The translations under genes and the position numbers were made by a program. DNA of 62,579 nt, filler included, from Rhabdomonas costata (taxonomy: Eukaryota), in assembly GCA_019059605.1 (NCBI GenBank). It is 20 parts of 20 records of this genome, joined end to end, with 100 filler letters (N's around TTAATTAATTAA, not from the genome) between each part and the next. Parts side by side here need not be neighbours in the genome. Positions count along the whole stretch, not along the records: positions 37,647 to 40,678 come from JAHMHO010001509.1; positions 40,779 to 43,808 come from JAHMHO010001510.1; positions 43,909 to 46,937 come from JAHMHO010001511.1; positions 47,038 to 50,069 come from JAHMHO010001512.1; 16 more parts are not named here. The stretch is one strand, 5' to 3'. The notes beneath the pieces were generated by a model. The model saw only the letters and a program-made list of their open reading frames with translations, was not told the origin of the DNA and made no database searches. Position 1 is the first letter of the stretch. Each line of letters opens with the position of its first letter. Shown here piece by piece: positions 37,647 through 50,169 of the stretch.

Positions 37647-40600
37647 GGGTACACCCCGGAGGTGACCACTATCTTGACGGGAACCCGTATTTACGTGCAA
37701 GTTAACGTCAACTCGACTGGCACGTCCTTGGGTGGGGAGAAGCTCACCATTCCTGCTGGTACTGTGGACCCCTCGGGACCCCCAACTTGGGGTGACACAA
37801 ATGTGGAAACCTCAGTGACCGCATGCGGGCTGCAGGGTTCTGTGTACGTTTGCAACCTGACCACGGGGTTTTGGAGCCCTTCTGGGAGAACCTTCTACGT
37901 GTTTGTTACCCCGCTTGCCTCGGCATGTGGTCCCTGGAATACCACCTTCACCTTGCTGGGTGACTACTTCCTGAGTTACAATTTCTCTGTGAACGTCACC
38001 AGCTATGCCTTTGTCAACTTCACCAATGCGACAACCAGCCCAGCCCCTGCTGTCGTGCACGGGAAGAACGTTACGTTCGGTTGGGCACTGCAGTCGCGCT
38101 GCCCCTCCACGGGGTTGGAGTACTTGACCCTGCCTTATGCCACGACACAGCCATGGGTTCCAAAGTGGGGCCGTGTTTCACCCACGGACGGGACCATTCA
38201 GTTTAGCACGAACTGCACGAACGCTTCGGCTGGGCTCTGGGGCTGCAACTTGCAGAGCTTGCAGTACCACTATCTGATAAGCTCAGAATGGCTGTATGTC
38301 ACGCTGACCCCGATGGATACAACTGTAGGTCCGTGGTCCACCACCATCACACTTACTGCTCAATACATCTGGGCTAGCAGCGCTGCTAGCGCTGTGATCG
38401 TTGTTTTTGGAACCTTCAGCCCGACTAGTGACGTCCTGTATGACGGGGCAAACGTCACCCGAACCCCCACCTCTGGTGACACCGTGATGCTGGAGCTAAA
38501 CTTCCTTGTCAGTGGAGACTCTATCATGGACGGGGAGCTGATCCTTGTTCCCGTGAACGCCAGCATGCCTGGAACTTTGACCTGGGTCACACCATTGCAC
38601 GGCGGAAATTGCCCAACTGACTCTGCCTTCCCGAACTATTACGTTTGCAACGCCAGTGCGGATATTTGGCGCTATCCAATTTCAAACCAGGTCAATCTGA
38701 CGTTTGTGCCCAACACCACCGTGGTCGGGTTACTGAATATGACTGTTCTTTACGTGGCCAATGACTTCGTAACCAAGCCCTACTCCCCCAGCATCATCAT
38801 CATAGCGACGTTCTTTACCCAGACCCTGTCCACATACCACCTTGGTGGCTTCTTTGGTACTTCGCAGACTGTTCCTGGTAGGTCTCCCACCACCATCATC
38901 TTCTCAGTTGGCAGTTCAGTCACCGTTGACTATGTCGTTTTCACCACTGGGACATCTATCGGTGGAGAGGAGATTCGAGTGCAGGCGTCAATGGTGAACG
39001 CCTCAATCGGGATGATTTGGAGCTTCACCAACAACGGCACCGCCCCTGCGCTGAGCAACAACTGCACCTTGGACTCTGCTCTCACCCAGTATGACGTAAC
39101 CGGGTGGTACCGGTGCTCTCTGGTTTCTTCTACAGGACAACCTGTCAGGTTCGTGGGTGTGCACGCCCGCCCCGCGGGTACGCTGATCTCCATCATCTAC
39201 ACCCCAGTGATGTACTCCGTAGGGTTTGTGGGGCCTCTGTTTTCTTTCCACGCGAATTACTTCACAGAGTACCTCTTCAAGTCGGACGTTCGCGCAATTG
39301 CTGCCCTCACCCCATTACTGTCCGACGTCGAACCCTCTGTGGATCTGAGTGGGACTATCGTGCAGCTGGACTTTGTTATCTTTGCTACTGGGAACTCCAC
39401 CTACGGAATGGACCAAGTTGCACTGTCCTCTTCTGCGCTTTCCAATGGAAACATGTCGTGGACTTGGACCGGGTGGAGATCTTCCCTTCTGGCCATTGTC
39501 AACTCCTCCGTGACCTACTGCAACTTCACTGCTGGCAACTACACCTTCGGGCAGGTTCCAGCAAGCGTCTCTTTCCGCATTCTCCCCTTGACCTCGAAGG
39601 TGGGGCCGTGGCAGGCGGTCCTCACCTTCTCCGCCCAGTACTTCGCCCCGGTGCTCGTGTACCCCAACATCACGGTTTTGGGGTTCCTCACGGCCTCTGC
39701 TGTTTCCATTGATGCCCAGCAGTTCCTACCCGTGGTCGCTCAGATCTCCTTCCGTTCGAGCTCAAACTCTGTAGGAATGGAGCAGCTTCTTTTGCCCACG
39801 ACCTACCTCAGCACGAATTATACTCCAACTTGGCTGGCCAGCTACAGCGCTCCTGCGGCGCCCGCGGTTAGTGGCTCCTGTGAGCTCGCCAATGACACCG
39901 CATTCTGGATCTGCAGCATTGGAACGCAGGGACTGTCATACTTGGCGAGTAGCGCGGTGTCCCTGAACGTCACCTTCCTACCAGTGGTCACGTACATCGG
40001 ACCGGTGTCCTCTCCCACGGTCACGCTGACAGGCCGCTACTTCGCTTCCGAGGTTGTTCCACTATCGATCACGATCCGGGGAGAGCTGTTCACGGACATG
40101 GTGAACATTGGGCCCCCGACCATTTTGTCTGGCGACATTCTGGTGGCCCAGTTCGCAATCTCGTCCACGGCGCAGTCAATTAGTGGCGAACTGCTGACAC
40201 TCCCCTTCTGGGCCTCCAACAGAACGTGGTTCAAGACCTCTCTTTACGGGGACTGGATAGCCTGCGGCAACAACAGCGTGGTCATCACTTGCAACCTGTC
40301 CAATGCGACGGGGTTCCACTACTTGGTCGAGGGAGTGACGATCTGGCTGAAGGTCATGCCGACCTCAACGGCGGTGGGGCTGTGGAACACTACCGTGACG
40401 TTCTTTGCGGATTACTTCTCCAACAGCTCCGAGGCGATGAACACTACGGTTATCGGAAGGGTGTTCTCCTCCTTCTGGACGAACCCGTACTACGGCACCA
40501 TCAACATGCTTCCCTATACCAACAACATGGGCAATCCGGTGGTCATGGATCAGTTGGCCAACCTCACCATCACTTTCACTGCCACCGGAAACTGCCCTTC

Positions 40601-40678
40601 CGGAGAGTTTCTGTACATTCCCTTTGACTACTTGCAGGCCAACTCCACGGCTCCAAATATTTCCTCCCCCACCACAAC
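37647..40678 (+). CDS. Large surface/extracellular glycoprotein fragment: at least 7 full tandem ~125-145-aa beta-rich repeats (DUF11/Ig-like by inference); open at both ends
   Basis: A stop-free frame spans the whole contig (~1010 codons). The recurring unit is G..V......TGxSxGxExLxxP...W...C...C...P...VGxW...TxxAxYF. It has many N-x-S/T sequons. Confidence 0.9.
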
Positions 40679-41130
40679 NNNNNNNNNNNNNNNNNNNNNN
40701 NNNNNNNNNNNNNNNNNNNNNNTTAATTAATTAANNNNNNNNNNNNNNNNNNNNNNNNNNNNNNNNNNNNNNNNNNNNGGTGGTTTTGGACAAAATGGAC
40801 AGCAAAACAGAAAAGACCCCTTCGGCTTTCATCCTCCTGGTGTTGAAATTATGATTTTTGACCTTTCTTAAATTATCCTCTCCTTTGGGCCTCTCCTTTG
40901 ACCTTCTTTTACACGGTGGGGGGGGGGTAGACCTTTTGAAAATCACATGACGAAGTGGTAACATGCCCCGGGTTCTTGTTATACTCAGGTGAGCGCTTCC
41001 CAATATATGAAAACCCATTCAGTTCCTTTTTCTGTCGCTGTTTGTGGTCTCTGTTTTCTTTTCAGGCAATGGGATAGTTTATATAGATGGCCAGTTTTTC
41101 AATTGAGGTGGACCCTTTTCTTGTTCGTAG

Positions 41131-43079
41131 GTGCGAACGTGAACCAGCCTACGACCGATGATGGCACCAGCCCTTTGTTCATGGCTGTCCAGAACGGCAA
41201 CCTGGAGCTTGCTACTCTTCTTATTCAGAACGGTACCGTAGTCTTTCACCCCCACCGCCGGGTTTTCTTCACTGACTCTTAAGTCTCGTTGAGTTGATTT
41301 CCTTACTCACAGGTGCGGACATAAACCAGGCAATGTCGGACACCGGGGCAAGCCCTCTGTGGATGGCTGCGCAGAACGGCCACCTGGAGCTGGCCGCTCT
41401 GCTGCTTCAGCACGGCGTGTGCTTTGGTTATTCTTTTCGAGTCGGGATACGCTCTGTTTGGGCTGATGCATCTTGCAGCATTTAAGCAGCCAGTCAATTT
41501 CACTGTCGGCCCAAGAAAAGAACGAAGCGGCAGAAAGTGTGTGCTAGACAAGTTTACATTCGTATCTACAGTATTGTTGGAGGACGAGGTGCGAGGCGCT
41601 GTTTTTCCATTTTCCGTCTTCTTTTTTTCCGCAGGCGCGAATGTCAACCAGGCGACGAAGAACGGCGGGGTGACCCCTTTGTACGTTGCCGTGTGCAAGG
41701 GGCATGTGGAGGTCGCCACGCTTCTGATTCAGAAAGGTTCTCGCAATTGCTTTGCTCTGTTCTATTAGAGATTTGAGTTCTAGGTACCTCGCCGTGGTGT
41801 TGAAGCCGTTTTTAGCGGCTTTGTCAAATTTGTTCGCAGACCATTTGCCAAACATTTTCAAGGTGCTTTTTCCGGTGTATTCGGTGACGTTTGGACATGA
41901 TAGGGTACATTTATTGTGCAGCTTCTTCGGAAAAGAACCTGCGGGTGGGAATTGGAACGTGGTGGCATCTGGGTACATATGGGGTTTACTTTGAGGCGGA
42001 ATTCAAAGAGGGGTTCAAAGATCGGACGTACATGCAAAGAGTTTGTCTGTAGGTCTTTCTGATTTTCACATTGCGAACCGCTCGATCCTGCATTCTTTCC
42101 CTACACCCTTGGCTCACAAGGTGCGGACGTCAACTTAGTCACGACGGACGTCAGCTGCAGCCCTCTGTGGATGGCTGCGCAGAACGGTCACTTGGAGCTT
42201 GCCACGCTGCTTCTTCAGAACGGCACGATTACGTGGGGGTGGGGAAGAAGGGGGCTACGTGACTTTCGCTTGCCAGTGAGCTTCCGGTCGTCGCGCCAAG
42301 TTTGTCACGTTGCAAACGTGTCGACACATAACCAAAGCACACAAGTGCACTCACTGTGTTCGCTTTGCACAGGAAGAAACTACGGCGAATGCGAGGGGGT
42401 GCAACATAAACAATGATGTTTGTGGGAAACGGACCAGATGATTCGGAACTTAGCACCAGGGCAGAAAGAGATAAGGAGTTTTGTCTTGAAATGGGACTGC
42501 ATAGAACCCTGGAGACGGTTAGGCAGACAGCACATGAAAACTCAGAGAGACGATTGACTCGTCCTCAGTGAGCTCACGAATGCCTTCCTTGGATTTGTCT
42601 GTCCCTTACTGACTTGTGACCATGGTCATAGGTGCGAATGTCAACCACGCCACGACGGACGACGGTGCTAGCCCTGTTGACATCGCACTGGAGAAAGGCC
42701 ACTCGGAACTTGCCGCCCTAATTCTTCGGCACGGTATGTGTGTCGAGGTGTATGTGTTCTCCTCTCTGCTTGTTCGTTGCGTTTGTACACGTTGATACTT
42801 GTGCTGCGTGGCCAGGTCTTTTTTTCCGAGATTTTTGCTGTTTCCCCAAGGATAAACAGTGGGATCCAGCTTTTTTCACCACTCGTTTTAGCTTCTAAGT
42901 TCTGAAAACGCCTGATTCTGTGCACACTTGTGTTGGTTATGACTTTATGAGGTGACGTCGGCAATATTTCGAGCCCCCCCTTTCTTTGGGACAAGGTTTC
43001 CCTTTTTACTATCTCTTTTTATTTCTTTTTTTATCCCCCAGGCGGAAAAGCCAACCAGCCGGCGGCCCCAGCCCACTGA
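41131..43079 (+). CDS. Ankyrin-repeat protein, 3' end; five 102-nt exons (41131-41232, 41313-41414, 41635-41736, 42121-42222, 42632-42733) and terminal exon 43042-43079
   Basis: Each exon encodes one repeat, GA[ND][VI]N......[ST]PL..A...G..E.A.LL... All introns are phase 1. Stop is TGA at 43077-43079. Confidence 0.93.
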
Positions 43080-45152
43080 ACGGCGGGCGCGAAACAGTTG
43101 AAGTAAAAACGCAAGATGCTGGGTGAGTTTTGGGCGTGGTGAAAATACACGAGTGAGTCGCTGGGCAAGGAAATTTGGAATTTTAGTGGTCTGGGTTTCG
43201 CAAAAGAAAATATTCTTCCTGCTTTGTAGAAAACGTCGATTCTACCGAAGTCTTCGCACGCTTCTTTGCCGTGTCGCCGGTGACGATGTGTCCCCCGCGC
43301 ACTCTCTTGCCAGTGCTCTCTATCGCTGGGTACTCGCTGCGTGTCTGCGTGCGCTGCTCTCTGCCTTGGGCACTGAGCCTTCTCACGAATTGTTGCGCCT
43401 GAGTACAGCGACTTGGTGGATTCATTACCTGCGTCTTTGTAATTGGCTTGAGGGTGAGGGACGAGAATATGGGTCATCGACGGGTCATCATGGGGGCGAT
43501 CCAAGGAATTATTGGGTTCACCTAACCTCCCCTGTCTCTTTGGTGATGAACCGTCGGCCTCGCCCCCTCCCACGCCCTTCTCAAATGTGTGCCACGGACG
43601 CCTCTAACCCTCATAACCCTAAACCGAGTTGACGACCAAAGGCACTAACTCTTGCAGGAGAGATCTCGTGCACGAGCCTGTGAGCGATTTTCATGATTTT
43701 TCGTTGGACTTAATAGCTTATTACACTAAATGCACTATCAAATGCACTTTGTGCAAGTTAAGAATGAATGATTTCATTTTCATGTCTTTTGTAGCGCGCC
43801 CAACACCCNNNNNNNNNNNNNNNNNNNNNNNNNNNNNNNNNNNNNNNNNNNNTTAATTAATTAANNNNNNNNNNNNNNNNNNNNNNNNNNNNNNNNNNNN
43901 NNNNNNNNGTGTGGGTGTGTTTGGGTGGTTGGGTCGAACCCCTGTTGCCTGCCTCTGTCTTCTCTCCTCTGCTCGTCCCAGAAGCAGAGCTTGCACTGCC
44001 AGAACAGTGGGTACAGCCTGCATCTTCCTAGGTCGTCTGCGCGAACGTCCGTCACTGCATGCCAGGAAAAGGTACGAGGGATTAACGACGCAACTCGCGG
44101 AATGGCAGCTCTAGTGAAGCGGACCTCTGAAGTACAGTTGGGCGCTGGTAGGTAAGCAGGATGTACACCATCAGTGGATAAACAGAAATATACTAAAGGG
44201 CAAGCTCAACCCCGCCGGAAAAGCCAAAAGACGTAGTACATCCTCGCAATGAGCCACGAGAGGTTCTTACACACAGTGTTGGGAAGTAACACAGAGAGTG
44301 TAACACACAGTGGGCGTCAAGGGTCCTCCATGTGGAATATCGGCGAAAAAGGAAAATGAGGAGGCAAGCAGGAAAAGCAGGGGACTGTACATGTGCACGC
44401 GAAGGAGGTTGGCAGAGAGGGTGTGAAACAGTAGCGGTTGTAGTGGAACCAGGTGGCGTTGGGACTGGGGCGCGGTGTGTGGTGGTATGAAAACGGAAGT
44501 GAGGGAAAAGAAAAACCACAAGATGGCACCCACAAGGCATCGCATTCCAAGCTGTCGTGTTGCGGAGGAAGGGGCCGGCACCGAATTCCGCCCTCACACA
44601 CAGTCTGTAAAGGTCACCTCCGGGGTCCACCAGCGTGAGTGTGGACGATCCAGACTCACACAATAATTATAACATGCAAGCAAACACAGAAAAAGCCCTC
44701 CCGCGGCCAGATTCCCTCTCGCTATCCAGAAAGTCATGGTATTGCCCATGGCAGGGTGAAGCGTCCGCCAGCTAAAGGAAAAGGACAGGGGAGTGGGCCC
44801 TGCTAACTCCACGCTTTCCCGTCTTCTGACCCGAGCTCAGGAGGGCTGTAGGGTGGGGTACAAAGAAGGATTTCAGGCTGCAGCCTTCTGGAACAAAGAC
44901 CCGCTCCACACCAAGGAGAAGCACCGACAATTTTGTCCAGAAGGAAGGAACTGTGCACTGCGAACTACGTCCTCTGCTTCTACGAGGAGGCACGTTGAGA
45001 ACAAAAAAAAGGGGTCAAACAAGAGGAAAGGATCAAAGGGCCACGACGGGCCGCAAGAGAAAATCTATATCCCTGTTGTCCTCGCGGTACTGGGGTACTG
45101 GGGCCTACTCACAATTCGGCTGCGGGGTAAAAATAGGAACCCCTAGCCAGGC

Positions 45153-45268
45153 TCAGTAGCTCACTCGGATTCTGTTGCAGGTGCCATTTTCGTAAACCAC
45201 GGCGGTGCGCACACCCTGGCGGTCGGTGAAGATCGCATACCCTTCAATGTGGTTGTTCACCCATGTTC
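45153..45268 (-). CDS. Terminal exon of a MORN-repeat protein
   Basis: GTWVNNHIEGYAIFTDRQGVRTAVVYENG...* fits MORN GxWxxxxxxGxGxxxxxxG. The acceptor is TTTACAG. Confidence 0.55.
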
Positions 45269-45809
45269 CTGTAAAGTGCAGAAGCCTAAAGGGAGGGACA
45301 CGTCCGAGTTGTGCTGCATTCTGCGCGAATTTAAATTAATGGCATTCACCAAGGGCAGTATGTTTTGGCCATGTGGTCTGAACTTCCGAGGGGGTTTTCC
45401 GCGGGGAAGGTCCACGCCCCCCCAAAAAGAGCGAAAATCATTAGCCTCATTCATCGCAATCGACGCCAAAGCAAATCCCCCCGTCTCCCTTGAGCATACC
45501 CATGCAAATTCGCACCACACCACTTACCAGGTACTGTCACTCAGCACGAGAAGAGAGTGTAAGTGAGGTGAAAGGGGTGAACTCTGAGTTGAGCAGCTGA
45601 ATAATCTGATGGCTTACTGGAGTGACTGGCGTTTCGACCCTGGCGGATGGTTGGGTCGTCATCAGCAAGGACCATCTCCGCCTGCTGGGTGGGAGAATGC
45701 GCTCATGTGTCCAATAAGGGAGACAAATTATCGAATATACTGCAGCTTTCACATTGTCAGAAGATGCCTTGTCAGAGGACAGAGAGGGGAAGGAAGCACA
45801 GCGAGGTAC

Positions 45810-45956
45810 CTGTCCAGTAGCCCGTGGAGTCAGAGGCCATGCAAAGGCAGGTGCCATTGGCCTGGCAAGTTCCGTGACTGCTGCACGTGCACAGGTACTG
45901 GCAGGAGCTCCCGACGTACTTCAGCGGAGTGGTGATGCACTGACAGGTGCCGTCGC
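45810..45956 (-). CDS. EGF-like (tenascin/laminin-type) repeat exon
   Basis: DGTCQCITTPLKYVGSSCQYLCTCSSHGTCQANGTCLCMASDSTGYWTG; 147 nt, phase 1-1, bounded by AG and GT. Confidence 0.75.
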
Positions 45957-46027
45957 CTGAGCGCGCGTGTTTTATCTCCCCGCTCTTTTCACCACCTAAT
46001 TCCGCCCACTAGCACAACCATACTTAC

Positions 46028-46350
46028 GCACTGCGGAAGTAATGAGCAGCTCTTTCCCATCCCTCACGAGCAATGCAGAAGCCTCCTGGCTCACTCGAGG
46101 TTTCCGCAGACAGAACTTTCAGTCCAGGCTGGAGGCAAGACATAGCACGGAAAGGCAAGGCTCTGCTCTGGTTAAGGGCGGCAGGGACTGCAGAGGGGGT
46201 TGCTGTGGTGAGGTGGGGTAAGGGAGATTCGTTTTCAAGCCTGCGCCAAAATAACAAAAGAAAGCCTAAAGAAAAACCAAAAACCACCCAAAGCAAAAGG
46301 GCTCGCCCCACTCGAAGCAGTGTTGTGCTCGGATTCACAACCCTTAACAT
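46028..46350 (-). CDS. First exon of a type II membrane protein (signal anchor + Pro/Thr/Ala stem)
   Basis: ATG, basic N-terminus, ALLLWVVFGFSLGFLLLFW anchor, stem region and a GTAAGT donor. Confidence 0.5.
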
Positions 46351-47959
46351 AGAGAGCCTATCAGACTGACTCCCCTTCTCTGATTCTCTTCATTCGTTCT
46401 CCCTGTTTAAACCCCAACTGTTCACTGCCCACAGGAAAAGTTCAGAGGGGTGGAACGACCGGCGGCATGGGTCGCTCTGGTTGTCTGACTTCCGCAATCG
46501 TTGCACGGCGGAAGCGTGATTAGATTTTTGCGAAGCAAGCCCCTTTTACAAAGCCCAGGAAATGGTCAAAACGTCGCTTGCCAAGTTTTGCACTGCCGTG
46601 ACTGTATGCATAGGGAAGGAACTCCAAGACAGAAAAATCCAGTTGAATTGCCTCCTTTTAACTTTGCTGCGCTTCAACTTTTTTTCGATCCTTCATAACG
46701 GTCTATGACCCTTGGGGTTAACAAAGCATCTCCATATGTTTGTTATGACCCCAAGTTGACCACACAGCTAACCAGATTGGTGATCAGATCTGTGAGGACC
46801 ACTTTTTCTCCCATAAACCTGAAAAAAGGTAATAAGCGTTCGCGTTTTGTCACAAAATTCATGCAACAGAAAGTGGTCAAAATCCCGGTGTCCACGGCAA
46901 TAAAATAATGGCTATGACTACAATATCCCCACCCAACNNNNNNNNNNNNNNNNNNNNNNNNNNNNNNNNNNNNNNNNNNNNTTAATTAATTAANNNNNNN
47001 NNNNNNNNNNNNNNNNNNNNNNNNNNNNNNNNNNNNNGCAGGTCAGTTCAGCTTTTGGAGGTGTCGAATCTATTGAGGGAGTGTTTTTCATCTTTTCCTT
47101 TTTGGGTGTTGTTTTCCGCTCCCAAGGAAGTAAAGGTGAGGTCCCCTCCCCTTGGGCAAGCGTGCATCGTATTTGAACCGATTGCTGGTGTCGTTGTGTT
47201 GAGGTTTGCTTCTTCTTCTCCGCGTTTCCGACCGATATGATGACAAGACTATCAGATAGCGGGTTACAGTAGGTAATTATCCGGTCCGTTTCTCTGCCAC
47301 TGCAGCCTGTTACGCTGCTGATCTTGTTCATTCCCCCAACTGAGTGGGTAATACTCTTCCATCGCCAAGTCCCGTCAGAGGTCAGATCAATATGAGTGCG
47401 AATCTCTCGGTCTCGACCTCCGCAGGGGTCATAATTGAGGTAAGTTATGAAGACCAATGTCGGGACAGGTCATTATGCTTTCTCCGCGTCGCAGGGCGCT
47501 TCACGTTTCACGTGATTGGTTTTCAGGTCTTCTTTTTGTGTCTCATTCGACCTGCGATGGCTCTTTCAATCGTCCACGTAGCGGAGATGACCTCCGGTGC
47601 ACCGGTGTGCTCTGAGGCCTTTTCACTCCGCACATCATCGCGATGTCTTCCGGTCAGGCTGGGCTTTCCAAACCATATGACACATGTTTTTCGGTGGGGT
47701 AGAATGTGCCTTGCGCCACTGGTTCTGTTGGGTGTGGAAGCCACGTATTCTTGGACTGCCCCCTCCCCTCTGAAAAAGAAGTGGTTTTGACGAAGGATAA
47801 ACCCAGATGTACTCACAACCCCCTGGAAACTCTCAGACATACCCGCTCTCCGGGCTATCCTTTTCCTGCGTAGCTGTTTTGCGCCAGCCCATCAGCGCTA
47901 TCTAGAACATGTGGGCCAGAAGAATGTCTCACTCCTTTTTCACCCATATATAAAAGCCT

Positions 47960-48011
47960 AGTTACACCCCGAAACTGAGAAATAGCGTTTCATTTCCAAT
48001 AGAAGTCTTTT
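47960..48011 (-). repeat. Dispersed repeat, copy 2
   Basis: The reverse complement matches 30340-30394. Confidence 0.75.
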
Positions 48012-49465
48012 TTACTTTGTATTTATGCCGCTGGTCCCCAGATGGTGCGCAATTTGCCTTTTTATAGCACGGATTATCCAATCTCTCAGTTCTCGAGTTA
48101 GCCTGATATATGTCATATGTCAAGAAATATGACATACTTCTTACTGTGAACTAGGGACAGTTGTGTCTGTTTGTTGGCGTTTGTGTATGGTGTTGTATGC
48201 CATGAAAATACGGAAAAGAAGCATGCACATACACGTGAGGCGTGAAGGAGAGCGGTGAGGGAAAGAAAAGCTGCCCCAAACGTTAGACGCGCGCATCCTG
48301 GGTGCTCGCACGGAGGGTATTTATAGCCCTGTTGTGAGACGTGGGGTGCCGGCTCATTATACCACAGGCCAAGACCCCCACGTGTCCCAGGATTATGTAC
48401 AAACACGCGCAAGAGAAACTCTGTGTCCTCCCCCACTCTCTGCGACACGTACAGCTATGTTTCCACGAGGCCTACGAACAGCAAGCAGCAAACAACATGC
48501 TGCAAACAAAGAGCAAAGGAAGGAGGGGTGATTCCAGCCAGAAAGGGCGGCTTTGGACTTCGGAGGAGATATGCCACATGGAGAGGGGAGAGATCTGGCA
48601 ACCAATGAACGGAAGGGAGTCTTCGGGATGGGGAAGGTTGCAGAGTGTAGGTGAAGGTGTGAAGTGGAATTGGCCTGTTCTGCAGTAGAGCGACCCTTCC
48701 GCTGGGATTTCGATCGCATGGGCGGCAAACCTTCAGTAGTCTCTCCCCAACCTCAGAATGAGTCCAGCTTTATCGTCACTGTGCAATCCATGTCCCTTTG
48801 TATTCCTCTCAGGAAGTCCCCATGGTAGACCAGGTGACTCGGACAGATGTCAAGCGTCTCCGCCCTTCGCAAAGCTTGCCAATGCTGTTGACGAGGTCGA
48901 GCACCCCCGAACCCATTTTTGTTGCTCAATGTTCCGAGTCTCTGCGATGCAAATGACTCTTTGCGATTGGACAGTAGGAAGTGGTGTCCCAGCCGATTCA
49001 TGCCGAAGTTCAGTTTTTATGGTCGTCCGTGTCTTGGGGACCCTACCACGATTTCCTAAAAGCATCAGGCTTGAAGAAAAAACCTCTTTCCCCAAAATTA
49101 GTGTTGAAATTTGGTATGCCTGTGCCACTTCAGCATTGATTTTGGGGGTGGGCGCATTGGCAAGATCATTGGAAATCGTTGCTACCTCCTTATCTCCGTT
49201 ATGACTTTGGTAGTCTGCAACACCGCAGTGTCGACGTGGTGTCAGCGAACACTGTGGATTTCTCTCTGCACGCCTAAACCGTGCCGGGGGGGGGCGTTCT
49301 ATGCAGTTCCTACCTCGTGCACCCACTCTCTTCTCTTTACTGCGCGAGATAGCTTGGATGCCTGCACGCACTGTTCAGGAATAACTCCGGGAGCTTCGAG
49401 GTGGCCACCACCCGAACCACTCGCTGCAAGGTCCGCGTTCCCCAACCCTACCACTGTTGCGCCAC

Positions 49466-49496
49466 CGTGCCAACTCGTGCCAACTCGTGCCAACTC
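49466..49496. repeat. (CGTGCCAACT)x3 minisatellite
   Basis: Three perfect 10-nt copies. Confidence 0.9.
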
Positions 49497-50169
49497 AATC
49501 CCTTGAATCACCGTAACGAGCTCACGGCGCAGGGCGACAGTTTCAATAAGTAAAAGCAAAAACAAAAGGAGGGGGAGTTGTTCCTGTTTGTGTGTGTATA
49601 TTCGAAAACTATAAACATTCCGGTGGATAACCCAGTCCTGCACGTAGCAGCAGCCAATTTGCAAATAGATAGAGGGGTGGAAAATTAATTAACACAACGA
49701 ACAGTGCCCAGACATCTGGCCATTTTTCATACAAAAGGCCTGGTTCGGCTTGGCTTCGGCTTGGTTGGAAGAGCTTTTGTGATCCGTATGGGTCTGTCTG
49801 GCACTACTTTTCGACTGATGTTAAAGCAAATTATGGGAAGCTATCCGGGGCTGTTGTTTCATGGGGGAGGGGGGCATTAACCATATTAGAAATTTTGGAA
49901 GCATGAAAATCGTCATCCAGGTGGCAGTAGCACAAAATGCCCCTCTGCGAGGCAAGCTGGTGATTTGAAACATCTCAGCATCAGCAGTCATGCCAACCTG
50001 AAGCGGTACTGGCAATGTAAAGGTGCCTGTATTGCATTGCTTCGCTTTGCTCCTGCACTAAAAACAAAANNNNNNNNNNNNNNNNNNNNNNNNNNNNNNN
50101 NNNNNNNNNNNNNTTAATTAATTAANNNNNNNNNNNNNNNNNNNNNNNNNNNNNNNNNNNNNNNNNNNN

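Noticed and set aside
47038..50069. Many 60-170-aa ORFs in this contig, and similar short overlapping ORFs throughout the track
   Set aside because: They show no recognisable motifs or consistent exon chain. Short overlapping ORFs from alternative starts are expected by chance in ~50% GC intronic DNA.
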